A stretch of DNA of 37,579 nt, taken from IMG/VR virus record IMGVR_UViG_3300025637_000029, positions 1 through 37,579 of that record; one strand, given 5' to 3'. Below the pieces are notes generated by a model. The model made no database searches. It was not told where the DNA came from and saw only the letters and a program-made list of their open reading frames with translations. How positions within the stretch are numbered: position 1 is the first letter of the stretch; the number at the start of each line of letters is the position of its first letter. The translations under genes and the position numbers were made by a program. The DNA comes from a virus (Duplodnaviria > Caudoviricetes). Shown here in pieces: positions 9,587 through 18,580 of this stretch.

Positions 9587-10036
9587 ATGGGTATCTTTAA
9601 AAAAGTGTTTAATGAAACTATATTGTTCTCAAAAAAAGGAGAGCGTGGTTATAGACTGATTCTAAATTTAGAATCAAACAACAATAATATTATTATACAT
9701 TATATTGAAGGAAAAATCAAGAAAAAAATCAATATAAGTGAAAATAATATATCTAATTATAAGTTTTTACAAAAAACAAATAATTTATTTTATAAAAAAT
9801 ATAAAGAGATTACCCCAAATGATTTAATAAGTGAAATGGATACAGGTGATGCTGGTATAGGTGGTACATCCGAGTCTCCTGGATCATACAGTATAGATTA
9901 TGCTGATGGTGATAACAGGAACGTAGTGGGTAACCAATTCCCAATGACGAGACGGTCTAAAATTACAGACACTTTCACAAAGAGTAAGAAAAAAAAGAAA
10001 AAAAAGAGGTCTAATGGGAAAAAACAAAAAAAGTAA
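9587..10036 (+). CDS. Hypothetical late protein with Gly-rich segment and poly-Lys tail
   Basis: Late box upstream; LISEMDTGDAGIGG; C-terminal KSKKKKKKKR. Confidence 0.7.
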   Translation: MGIFKKVFNETILFSKKGERGYRLILNLESNNNNIIIHYIEGKIKKKINISENNISNYKFLQKTNNLFYKKYKEITPNDLISEMDTGDAGIGGTSESPGSYSIDYADGDNRNVVGNQFPMTRRSKITDTFTKSKKKKKKKRSNGKKQKK

Positions 10037-10586
10037 TATCGAATATGACGGTATAGAATTTGATTCGAACGAGGAATTAGAATTTTATCATTGGTGCATC
10101 GAAGCAAAGAAATATAAAATTATTTCTGATTTTAAATACAATTGCGAAACATATCAATTGTCGAATAAGCAAACTATAAATGAACAAAGACAATTAAAAA
10201 CAAAAACAAAAATTGTCAGTAAACATTTATTCCACGAGCACGTTTATACACCAGATTTTCATCTATTTAAAGGAGAAAGATGGGCTATAGTTGATAAAGA
10301 ATCTAAATTGATATCAGCTCATGGTGATAAAACCGAAATAGTTATCGACGTAAAGGGTACATTTCAAATGCACGATGGCTCTAGGAGTTTTTCAATTAAC
10401 CAAAAATGGATGTATGAAAAATATGGTATTTATGTCAATAAATTAATACCAGAAAAGTTTTTCAAATTGACTTGGGTGCCAGAAAGTTGTAAAATGACAG
10501 CTAAAACCAAGCAAATTCGTAAGAAGTATGAAAACACACAAACAATTTTGGAAAAATTTGGAAGTATTGAATCATCAAGTAATTGA
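10014..10586 (+). CDS. PD-(D/E)XK endonuclease, DUF1064-like
   Basis: YDGIEFDS.EE..FY, YTPDF, VIDVKG motifs. Confidence 0.75.
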   Translation: MGKNKKSNIEYDGIEFDSNEELEFYHWCIEAKKYKIISDFKYNCETYQLSNKQTINEQRQLKTKTKIVSKHLFHEHVYTPDFHLFKGERWAIVDKESKLISAHGDKTEIVIDVKGTFQMHDGSRSFSINQKWMYEKYGIYVNKLIPEKFFKLTWVPESCKMTAKTKQIRKKYENTQTILEKFGSIESSSN

Positions 10587-11082
10587 TTTTAATATTATTA
10601 AAAATATAACAGAGATTGATATATTAGATAGCATATATGATCAAGGTTTAGATATTGAAAAATTTAAATTAAACTCAAAACAATATAAACGATTATTATT
10701 CAATTATTTTATTAAAAATGTAATAAAATATATCAATAATTCAGATAAAAAGTTGTTTTTTATAATATCAAAGCCATCGACATCAGAATTTTTTGATTAC
10801 TTCGAATTCGATGCAATTAATAAGTCATATAGGACTAATATTTCTAAATTGTTTAACCTTTTACCTATAAAAGCGTATATAGACTTTGAGTATACCTACG
10901 GTGATATATTAGAGTCAAAAGAATCTGAGTTGGTTGAGTGGTTATCTAACCAAATTTTAATTCAATCTGATAAGACATCGGAAAAATCATACCAACCAAT
11001 TAAGAAAATATCTCAATATTATGATTTACAATATATTGATAATAAGATTTTTAAAGAACTGCAATATAAATCAGTTTTTTAA
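10528..11082 (+). CDS. Hypothetical protein
   Basis: 184-aa ORF filling the space to the convergent gene; start uncertain. Confidence 0.65.
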   Translation: MKTHKQFWKNLEVLNHQVIDFNIIKNITEIDILDSIYDQGLDIEKFKLNSKQYKRLLFNYFIKNVIKYINNSDKKLFFIISKPSTSEFFDYFEFDAINKSYRTNISKLFNLLPIKAYIDFEYTYGDILESKESELVEWLSNQILIQSDKTSEKSYQPIKKISQYYDLQYIDNKIFKELQYKSVF

Positions 11083-11999
11083 TACCTAAATAGGGCGTTT
11101 TTACTATGACAAGTTGCGAAGATGTTATGTATATCATCACTCTTGTCATAGAATTTACGGAAATCGACCCCAGTTACAGTATAACTACCAGTACAGTCAT
11201 AGATTCTCTTCTCAACACTTGAAACAATTGCTTTTAAGTCGGAGAATGTCATATTGTTGTATCGTTTTAGTTTAACAACCAAACCATATGCTGAGAACAG
11301 GTAATTTTGTAGAGCATATTTCTTTCGAGTATCAATAACATTAACTGCTTTAGATGTCATATAAATAGTTTTTTCATACCAACTTTTAATGAATGCAACA
11401 TCTCTCCAAAAATATTTACCTGACTTGCTTTTACCAAATTTATAAGGTCGTTTATATTTAGAAACTTTCCTAGAGACCTTAGTTAAAGAAGATTTACTGT
11501 ATTTAAAACACTGTAAATCTTCAATATTTCCAATTATCTTCTTTTTAGTCTTATGTTCATGAACTTTATGCTCATACACAACACCCATTCGACCCATTTG
11601 ATCTTTTGACTTATTCCACCTATAACCTTTGGCTCTCTTACCAACGGAATATGTCTCTTTTTTATCATAAGACCTGATATATAGGAATCCAGAACGTTTT
11701 AACATATCGATACATACCCTGTAATATTTATCAGAACCAATTTTCCTTAAGGTTGTTGATTGGATATAAGTAAAACCACTATCATCATTAGTCGGAATCA
11801 TATTCGATAACATATTAACGATTAGAATGAAATTAACTCGAAGTGTATCAACCTTTAACTTTCTGGACAGTCGATTTGATGAGTTAATATCCTTAACTTC
11901 CTTGTTAAAGTTAAACTGATCCATAATCTCTTGTGGACAATAGATAGATAACCCATTTTGGAAGTCTTTTGGTTTTTCAAGTAATCCTTTTGAACTCAT
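11079..11999 (-). CDS. Basic hypothetical protein, possible winged-helix DNA-binding/initiator
   Basis: Lys-rich; STTLRKI..DKYYRVCIDMLKRSGFL...YSVGKRAKGYRW looks like wHTH plus wing; has its own promoter. Confidence 0.5.
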   Translation of the reverse strand: MSSKGLLEKPKDFQNGLSIYCPQEIMDQFNFNKEVKDINSSNRLSRKLKVDTLRVNFILIVNMLSNMIPTNDDSGFTYIQSTTLRKIGSDKYYRVCIDMLKRSGFLYIRSYDKKETYSVGKRAKGYRWNKSKDQMGRMGVVYEHKVHEHKTKKKIIGNIEDLQCFKYSKSSLTKVSRKVSKYKRPYKFGKSKSGKYFWRDVAFIKSWYEKTIYMTSKAVNVIDTRKKYALQNYLFSAYGLVVKLKRYNNMTFSDLKAIVSSVEKRIYDCTGSYTVTGVDFRKFYDKSDDIHNIFATCHSKNALFRY

Positions 12000-12008
12000 A
12001 TCTTAAGT

Positions 12009-12037
12009 AGTTTACACCAGATTGGCTCATAAGTCAA
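12009..12037 (-). promoter_or_regulatory. sigma70-like promoter
   Basis: Minus strand TTGACT-N17-TAAACT, 9 nt before ATG 11999. Confidence 0.75.
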
Positions 12038-12334
12038 GGTTTTCATAGGAAAGGGATCATATTAGTCTAGTATGTAATATGTAGATTCACCAATCCCGAA
12101 GGGTTGTTATAATTATACAACAAAAAAGAGCATAATTAGAAAAAAAAATAAAAATATTTAATCCTTGTAGTTCCTTGTTTTTATTAATTTACTTAAACTA
12201 GATTTTCTAAATAGCTCGTTTTTGATTTGTTAAAAATTTAAATATAGGGAAAAAGGAATATAGTTATTATAATATATTTAGTTAAAGGTGTTTGCGTAGT
12301 CAGCTTTATTTGAGTACATATTGTTTGAATGTTC

Positions 12335-12363
12335 TTGATTTATTGATTGGTATGTGATATTAT
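12335..12363 (+). promoter_or_regulatory. sigma70-like promoter for the GT-gp43 operon
   Basis: TTGATT-N17-TATTAT, 7 nt before ATG 12371. Confidence 0.65.
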
Positions 12364-12370
12364 GTGTGTT

Positions 12371-13573
12371 ATGAATGTTAATAATTTACGTGGTAGTGTC
12401 GCTGGTTCGAATAGTATTATGGGTTTAAATACCTCAAAAATGGGTTCACCTAAATCTAATCCTGATAAACTATCATCTAATGATAGTTGTAGGGTTGTTA
12501 GTTATAGTGCTGATACTACTGGTTGCGCTCATTATCGCATGATTTGGCCTAATTATGTTTTAAATTCTACTAACAATTATCATATGGCTAATTTAACTAA
12601 ACCTATTTTAGATGAACGATGGTATGATGGTTTGGATGTTATTAGGTTTCAGCGTCAAGTATCAACACATCAGAGAAGAGTTTTTGAAGGTGTTCGGAAA
12701 ATATGTGATAAATATGGTATTCGGTTAGTCTATGAATTAGACGATATTCCGTTGTATGAAGATATCCCATTGTATAATAAGAATCGTAAAAGTTATGCTC
12801 GTAGTGAATACCGTGATAATATTATTAGTATGATGGATATGAGTGATGAGATTACGGTTTCTACTGATTTCATGAAGGACTATTTTAAAACTAAGATTAC
12901 GAATCCGAATATTACACATATTCCTAATTATATCCCTAGATTTTGGATGGATAGGTATTATGATGATAATAAATTGAAGGTTAATTTTAGTAAAAATAAG
13001 AAAAAACCTAGAATTTTATATGCTGGTAGCGCATCTCATTATGCTGTTGGTTCAAAGGTTGAAGATGATTTTACCAAACTTGTTGAGTATGTTAAAAGAA
13101 CTATGAAAGAATATCAATGGGTATTCTTTGGTGGAATACCTACTGAATTGATCCCTTTTTGGAGATCAGGTAAGATTGAATTTCATGATTACACCCCAGT
13201 TGCTAATTATTCTGATAAATTTAGAGACATTAAAGCTAATATTACGATTGCTCCATTAGTTAAAAACAATTTTAATAGAGCTAAAAGTCACATTAAGTTG
13301 ACAGAGGCTGCTGCATACGGTATTCCGTGTATTTGTCAAAGTGGTATTGAACCATATAGTGAGGCACTATATACTTTTGATAATCCTGATGAGTTAGATG
13401 ATCAAATAAAGTTGTTGACAAAAGATTCATCCGAATATATGAAAGCTTGTCGTAAATCAAGGAATATTGTAGAACCACACTGGCTCGAAGATAATATCAA
13501 TGTGTGGGATGAGTTCTATAAATATTCTATTGGTGATACTAACCGAAAACTGTTGAATAAGATAAATTACTAA
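12371..13573 (+). CDS. GT-B (GT4-like) glycosyltransferase
   Basis: GCAHYRMIWP, FQRQ, VYELDD, ITVST, IPNYIP, RILYAGS, IAPL..NNFNRAKSHIKLTEAAAYGIP; start moved to ATG 12371. Confidence 0.85.
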   Translation: MNVNNLRGSVAGSNSIMGLNTSKMGSPKSNPDKLSSNDSCRVVSYSADTTGCAHYRMIWPNYVLNSTNNYHMANLTKPILDERWYDGLDVIRFQRQVSTHQRRVFEGVRKICDKYGIRLVYELDDIPLYEDIPLYNKNRKSYARSEYRDNIISMMDMSDEITVSTDFMKDYFKTKITNPNITHIPNYIPRFWMDRYYDDNKLKVNFSKNKKKPRILYAGSASHYAVGSKVEDDFTKLVEYVKRTMKEYQWVFFGGIPTELIPFWRSGKIEFHDYTPVANYSDKFRDIKANITIAPLVKNNFNRAKSHIKLTEAAAYGIPCICQSGIEPYSEALYTFDNPDELDDQIKLLTKDSSEYMKACRKSRNIVEPHWLEDNINVWDEFYKYSIGDTNRKLLNKINY

Positions 13574-13576
13574 ACT

Positions 13577-16183
13577 ATGTACCGAAATATCAGCTACGAT
13601 TATAATAAATCTAATATTAAATTATCCACTTGGAACAAGGATGGTGATCGAGTAACTCGTGAATTTAATTTTAAACCGTATTTTTTCACGGAGACATCTA
13701 ATGATACATGTCATAAGTCTATTTTTGATGGTAATTTGAAGAAATTTGAGTTTAATAATGATTTTGATCGTAGAAAATCTGTAAAAACTTCTGGTAATGA
13801 TAGGATTTATGGTAATTTACCACCTATGCAGCAGTTTCTGTTAGAAGCTTTTGGAAAACATAATAAAAAAGATGGGTTTTCTCAGTTTCCTCTATCAATA
13901 TTTTATATCGATATCGAAGTGTATTCACCTGATGAATTTCCTGACCCTTGGGAGGCTAAACACCCAGTAAATGTCCTAACGATATATAATTCTCTGAAGA
14001 AAGAGTTTAGGGTTATGTGTTTACATGATACATTTAACCCCAAAGCTCTTTCGGATGAAAATCAGGCTAGGTATAAAAAAATCACTGATAATTCGACTGT
14101 TAAAATTTCTTATTATTCCAGTGAAAAGGAATTATTGAATTCTTTTATCAATTATTGGATACTCGATTACCCAGATGCTATGACTGGGTGGAATCTACCT
14201 TTCGATATACCTTATTTGGTCAATCGTATTAAGAAAAAGTTATCTAATAATGATGCTCAACGTCTTTCACCTGTTCGTAAAATTCGAGAAATTACAAGAA
14301 AACAGAAGATGGGTGCCCAATATTCTCAAGATATTCAAGATTATGATATCACGGGTATAACTACATGGGATTATCATGATGTTTACATGAAATTCAATTT
14401 AAAACCTATCCCTAATAGAAAATTAGATACGGTTTTACAGATTGAAATCGGTAAGGGTAAAGTTGAATATGAATCATCTAACCTAGCTAAGTTGTCTGAG
14501 GATGATTGGGATCTATTTGTATTTTATAATATCGAGGATGTTAATGGTATTAAGTTATTAGAGGAAAAGCTTAAATTCCTAGAGACATGTAGGATTCTGT
14601 CTTATATGGGCTTAGTCCCGTTTGAAAAAGCTCTTGATACCCTACCTATCATTAACGGGTACTCGTCTGTTAATGCTATGGAAGAGGGTAAAATTATCCC
14701 AACTTTTCAGAGTAATGAAAATTGGCGTAAATTTGATGGAGCTTATGTTAAAGAACCTGTTCCTAATTTGTATAATAGCATTGTTTCATATGACTTGAAT
14801 TCACTATACCCTATGACTATCATTACATTGAATATGTCACCAGAAACTAAGTTTGGTAAGGTTAAATACGTTGGTCAACATGCTATAGTTGAGGATAATA
14901 CTGGTAAAGAGACTAAAATGACCTTAGATAACTTTAAAAATTTAGTTAAAAAGTTTAATCTAGCTGTAAGTAAGTCGAATGTGTTATTCACTCAGAGTAA
15001 AAAGGGTATTTTTCCGAAATTAGTTGAAGAGGTATATTATAATCGTGTTAATGTTAAGAAAAAGATCAGTGTATTAAAGAAACAAGATGACCCTGATAAT
15101 GATTACGAGATTCAGAGATTATCTGTATATCAAAATTCGTTGAAAGTTTTGATCAATTCATTATACGGGTATTGTGGAAATAAGTATGCCCCTATGTCAG
15201 ATATTGATATCGCAGAGTCAGTAACTCTAACTTGTCAAAATGTCATTAAGGAATCTGGTGATATTTTAGAGGGTGTTGTTAATAAACTTTTAAAAACCAC
15301 TGGTGTAACTAGTTTAACTTATCAAGATACTGATAGTTGTTATATTACAATTCAAAGTATCATTGATAAATATAATTTAGATTTTTATAACGAAGATAAA
15401 ACTGGGGTTAATCCAAAAGTGATTAATATATGTCAAAAGATTGAAGATAAGTTGAATCAATCGATTAAAGCTTGGGGTGAAGAGGAACTTAATACAAAAG
15501 ATTGTAGATTCCAATTTAAGATGGAAGTTATTGCTGATAAAGGGTTATTTATCGCTAAAAAGAATTACGTTGTCCACAAATATTATGATGAGGGGTTTGA
15601 TGTAACTGAAGAGAAAAAACGTTGGAAATATACAGGTATTAAGCTTGTTTCAGCATCTATGCCACAGCGTATGAAACCGATTGTTGAGAAAATCCTACAT
15701 AAGATTGTATTAACTGGTGATAAAAACTCATCTGATGCTGAATATGTTAAAGCTTATGAACAGTTTGAAAATTATGAATATGATGACATCGCTTTGATCA
15801 AAGCTATTAATAAGTTTGATGAATACGTTGGTCGGTGTGATGGTTGGAATACTGCTAAGGGTATGTTGGCTCACTACCGAGGCGCTTATTACTATAACAA
15901 ACTTATCGATGATCTGGGTGTTGATTCTAAATATCAAAGAATACGACAAGGTGACAAAGTTAAAACGTTATACCTACAAACAACTAATAAATACGGTATT
16001 GATGTTATTAGTTATGTTGATAATTACCCCGAAGAATTTAAAGATATTTTTGTAGTCGATAATCAAATTATGTTTGAAAAATGTATCAAAGATATTGTTA
16101 AGCAATTCTACGATTCTCTTAAATGGAATATTTTTTCACCAAATTATCAACCTATGGTGAATATTGATGAATTTTTTGCTTGA
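13577..16183 (+). CDS. gp43: Family B DNA polymerase with 3'-5' exonuclease
   Basis: ExoI DIE, ExoII GWN..FDIPY, ExoIII YNIED; motif A SYDLNSLYP, motif B KVLINSLYG, motif C YQDTDS, KKNY. Confidence 0.97.
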   Translation: MYRNISYDYNKSNIKLSTWNKDGDRVTREFNFKPYFFTETSNDTCHKSIFDGNLKKFEFNNDFDRRKSVKTSGNDRIYGNLPPMQQFLLEAFGKHNKKDGFSQFPLSIFYIDIEVYSPDEFPDPWEAKHPVNVLTIYNSLKKEFRVMCLHDTFNPKALSDENQARYKKITDNSTVKISYYSSEKELLNSFINYWILDYPDAMTGWNLPFDIPYLVNRIKKKLSNNDAQRLSPVRKIREITRKQKMGAQYSQDIQDYDITGITTWDYHDVYMKFNLKPIPNRKLDTVLQIEIGKGKVEYESSNLAKLSEDDWDLFVFYNIEDVNGIKLLEEKLKFLETCRILSYMGLVPFEKALDTLPIINGYSSVNAMEEGKIIPTFQSNENWRKFDGAYVKEPVPNLYNSIVSYDLNSLYPMTIITLNMSPETKFGKVKYVGQHAIVEDNTGKETKMTLDNFKNLVKKFNLAVSKSNVLFTQSKKGIFPKLVEEVYYNRVNVKKKISVLKKQDDPDNDYEIQRLSVYQNSLKVLINSLYGYCGNKYAPMSDIDIAESVTLTCQNVIKESGDILEGVVNKLLKTTGVTSLTYQDTDSCYITIQSIIDKYNLDFYNEDKTGVNPKVINICQKIEDKLNQSIKAWGEEELNTKDCRFQFKMEVIADKGLFIAKKNYVVHKYYDEGFDVTEEKKRWKYTGIKLVSASMPQRMKPIVEKILHKIVLTGDKNSSDAEYVKAYEQFENYEYDDIALIKAINKFDEYVGRCDGWNTAKGMLAHYRGAYYYNKLIDDLGVDSKYQRIRQGDKVKTLYLQTTNKYGIDVISYVDNYPEEFKDIFVVDNQIMFEKCIKDIVKQFYDSLKWNIFSPNYQPMVNIDEFFA

Positions 16184-16209
16184 TAAAACTAAAAACTGTG
16201 TTATACTAT
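16180..16209 (+). promoter_or_regulatory. sigma70-like promoter
   Basis: TTGATA followed by TATACT (N16) or TACTAT (N18); the latter ends 6 nt before ATG 16216. Confidence 0.55.
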
Positions 16210-16215
16210 AGGCGT

Positions 16216-16620
16216 ATGAGTGAAAAAGTAAATCAAAATGTAGTTGTATTCTCGGATACAACAGGTCGTGTTCTTATCGGTGAATCAGTTCAGTTCTCTG
16301 AAACAACTTCCAAGATTAAGAATCCGATGATTATTCAAGCACAAGATCGAGGCAATGGTCAGATGGCCATTGGTTGTATCCCGTATACGTATCTTGAGCT
16401 TTTTGATGTGGGGTCTGATGGGGTTTGGTCATTCCCAACTGGTTCGATGATTTGGTGTGATGATGTCCCTTCTAAAGAGACCGTTGAACTGTATCTTGCC
16501 GTTGTTTCTAAATATAATGAAACACGTTTGAAGATGTCAATGGCCCCTCAAGAACAACCAAGTTCCGATGAATCTGGTATCGTTGGGGCTAATGGTGATG
16601 TGGTTGAATTTGTCGATTAA
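16216..16620 (+). CDS. Hypothetical beta-rich protein (possibly Sm-like fold)
   Basis: VVVFSDTTGRVLIGE...IKNPMII pattern; start moved to ATG 16216. Confidence 0.65.
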   Translation: MSEKVNQNVVVFSDTTGRVLIGESVQFSETTSKIKNPMIIQAQDRGNGQMAIGCIPYTYLELFDVGSDGVWSFPTGSMIWCDDVPSKETVELYLAVVSKYNETRLKMSMAPQEQPSSDESGIVGANGDVVEFVD

Positions 16621-16652
16621 TTCGGTTACAATTAATTGAATTAATCGGTAAA

Positions 16653-16699
16653 ACATATAAATACCCATCATATAAGTTATATGATGGGTATTTATATGT
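16653..16699. repeat. Perfect inverted repeat (23-bp arms, 1-nt centre) containing TATAAATA in each arm
   Basis: ACATATAAATACCCATCATATAA-G-TTATATGATGGGTATTTATATGT. Confidence 0.95.
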
Positions 16700-16738
16700 G
16701 GTTTATAGAACATCTTAAAAATTAAGAAATATTAAAAT

Positions 16739-17830
16739 ATGTCAGGTAAATTATTTAAACAAGCTCAAAAACTAAATCCTTATGCGACTACTATGGATGA
16801 TGATAATACCCTTACTAAGATTAGTGGGTTTATCTCAACTCAGTGTTATGCAATCAATGCTGTATTTTCAGCAGATTTGTATGGGGGTATCCCAAAAGGT
16901 CGCGTAACCACTCTATTTGGTCCGTCTCAATCTGGTAAATCTTTTATTTCGGCACTTGCTCAAAAGTCTGCTCAAGAGGATGGTATGGACGTTATTATTT
17001 TTGACACCGAGTTTGATAAAGATGGTCGAATGGAAAAAAGTTTGGGTGTTGATTTAAGTAGAGTATTAACAATACCTACCGAATCTATTGAAGAGTTAAT
17101 TATTCAATCATCTCAGATGTTAGATGGTATTATTGATGATGCTGAAGAACATGGTAAATATTTGTTTATTTTAGATTCTCTTGGTTTCCTTGCATCCGAA
17201 AAACAACTAGATGACGCAACTAAGAAGAGTAAAGTTGCTATGGATATGGGTCTAAAAGCTAAACTCATTAAACAGTGGTTTAGTGTTCTTAAAGGTAAAA
17301 TCTCTAAGACTGGTTGCGCTTTCATTATTATTAATCATGAAATTGCTAACCCTAATCAGATGTATGATTCGATCTTTAAAGAACAAGGTGGTGGTAAATC
17401 TACTGAATTCGTATCAACTGTTATGGCTCATATTTCCGCTAAAAAGGAAAAGCATGACGTATCGAATGAAAAAGATGTTGAAACTATGATGGCTAAGAAG
17501 GCATATTCTGGTCAACATATCAGAGTATTTACTCAAAAGAATAGATGCGCTATTCCTCATAAAGAAGCCGAGGTCTACCTTAATTACGCTACAGGTATCG
17601 ACAAGTATAGTGGTCTTGAACCTCTTATCGATAAACTAGACACGCTATATTTGAAAGATGCTCAGGGTAATGTTGGTAAAGGTAGAACATATTATCTAAA
17701 AGATGGTGATGAAGAGATCAAACTCGGTTCTATGAAAGAATGGCGACATAGAGTTGATATTTGGGACAAAATTCTACCTCAACTTAATGAAATCGTTAAG
17801 CAAGAATTGGCTTATCGTTCACATATTTAA
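16739..17830 (+). CDS. uvsX: RecA-like recombinase UvsX
   Basis: GGIPKGRVTTLFGPSQSGKS, FDTE, FILDSLG, IIINH, GGGK. Confidence 0.93.
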   Translation: MSGKLFKQAQKLNPYATTMDDDNTLTKISGFISTQCYAINAVFSADLYGGIPKGRVTTLFGPSQSGKSFISALAQKSAQEDGMDVIIFDTEFDKDGRMEKSLGVDLSRVLTIPTESIEELIIQSSQMLDGIIDDAEEHGKYLFILDSLGFLASEKQLDDATKKSKVAMDMGLKAKLIKQWFSVLKGKISKTGCAFIIINHEIANPNQMYDSIFKEQGGGKSTEFVSTVMAHISAKKEKHDVSNEKDVETMMAKKAYSGQHIRVFTQKNRCAIPHKEAEVYLNYATGIDKYSGLEPLIDKLDTLYLKDAQGNVGKGRTYYLKDGDEEIKLGSMKEWRHRVDIWDKILPQLNEIVKQELAYRSHI

Positions 17831-17852
17831 GTATATTGATTAATTATACGAT

Positions 17853-17889
17853 ACCGCCACTATTAAATATAGTGGTGGTGTTTCTGTTT
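17853..17889 (+). terminator. Intrinsic terminator after uvsX
   Basis: ACCGCCACTAT-TAAAT-ATAGTGGTGGT hairpin followed by GTTTCTGTTT. Confidence 0.7.
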
Positions 17890-17896
17890 ATTAAAT

Positions 17897-18580
17897 ATGA
17901 ATAAAAAAATAGATATAGTAGTATGTTCAGCTGGGTCGTATGATGATAGTTTGTTTAAAAAGAGTTATACTGAACTAAATGATGATGTTTATAATTTAAA
18001 TTTTGTAGAGTTTAACAATAAACCTATTGCCGAAGTATATAACTCGTTTTTAGACACTTGTTCTGATTATGTTATATTCTGTCATGATGATTTATCTATA
18101 GAAGATTCAAAATTATCTAAAAAGATTGATCAAGCTATTGGTGATGACTCTGAATATGATATATGTGGGATTGCTGGTAATCGTAAATGTCGTATCCAAA
18201 ATAAAAACCTATGGCACACTATGGGTGATGAAGACACTATGAGTGGAGCTGTTGCACATTATATTGGTGATAGTGATGTTAAATGTTTTATGACTGATTT
18301 TGGACCAACACCAAGTCGATGTATTTTGCTTGATGGTTTATTTTTAGCTGTTAATGTTAAAAAAATTAAAGAAGTTGGTTTAAAATTTGATGAACAATGT
18401 CCATCAAATTGGAATTTTTATGATATTCTATTCACACTAAATGCGCATAAACTAGGTTTAAAGATGACAACGTATCCTATATGGGTAGTTCATCGTAGCC
18501 ATGGTCTTGAAACGTTTGATGATGATGATTGGTCTAATGGTAATGACTATTTAAAAAACAATTGGAAGGGTAAATTATGA
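17897..18580 (+). CDS. GT-A glycosyltransferase-like protein (Glyco_tranf_2_5-like)
   Basis: IAEVYN, VIFCHDDL, GIAG, LLDGLFLAVN, FYD..F, VVHRSHG. Confidence 0.8.
   Translation: MNKKIDIVVCSAGSYDDSLFKKSYTELNDDVYNLNFVEFNNKPIAEVYNSFLDTCSDYVIFCHDDLSIEDSKLSKKIDQAIGDDSEYDICGIAGNRKCRIQNKNLWHTMGDEDTMSGAVAHYIGDSDVKCFMTDFGPTPSRCILLDGLFLAVNVKKIKEVGLKFDEQCPSNWNFYDILFTLNAHKLGLKMTTYPIWVVHRSHGLETFDDDDWSNGNDYLKNNWKGKL

Noticed and set aside
10014-10586. Mobile homing endonuclease or transposase
   Set aside because: A PD-(D/E)XK motif is present, but there is no interrupted host gene, terminal repeat or target duplication; more likely a resident nuclease
12091-12106. Small hairpin CAATCC-CGAA-GGGTTG
   Set aside because: Short imperfect stem with no U-tract and no gene ending nearby; not supportable as a terminator
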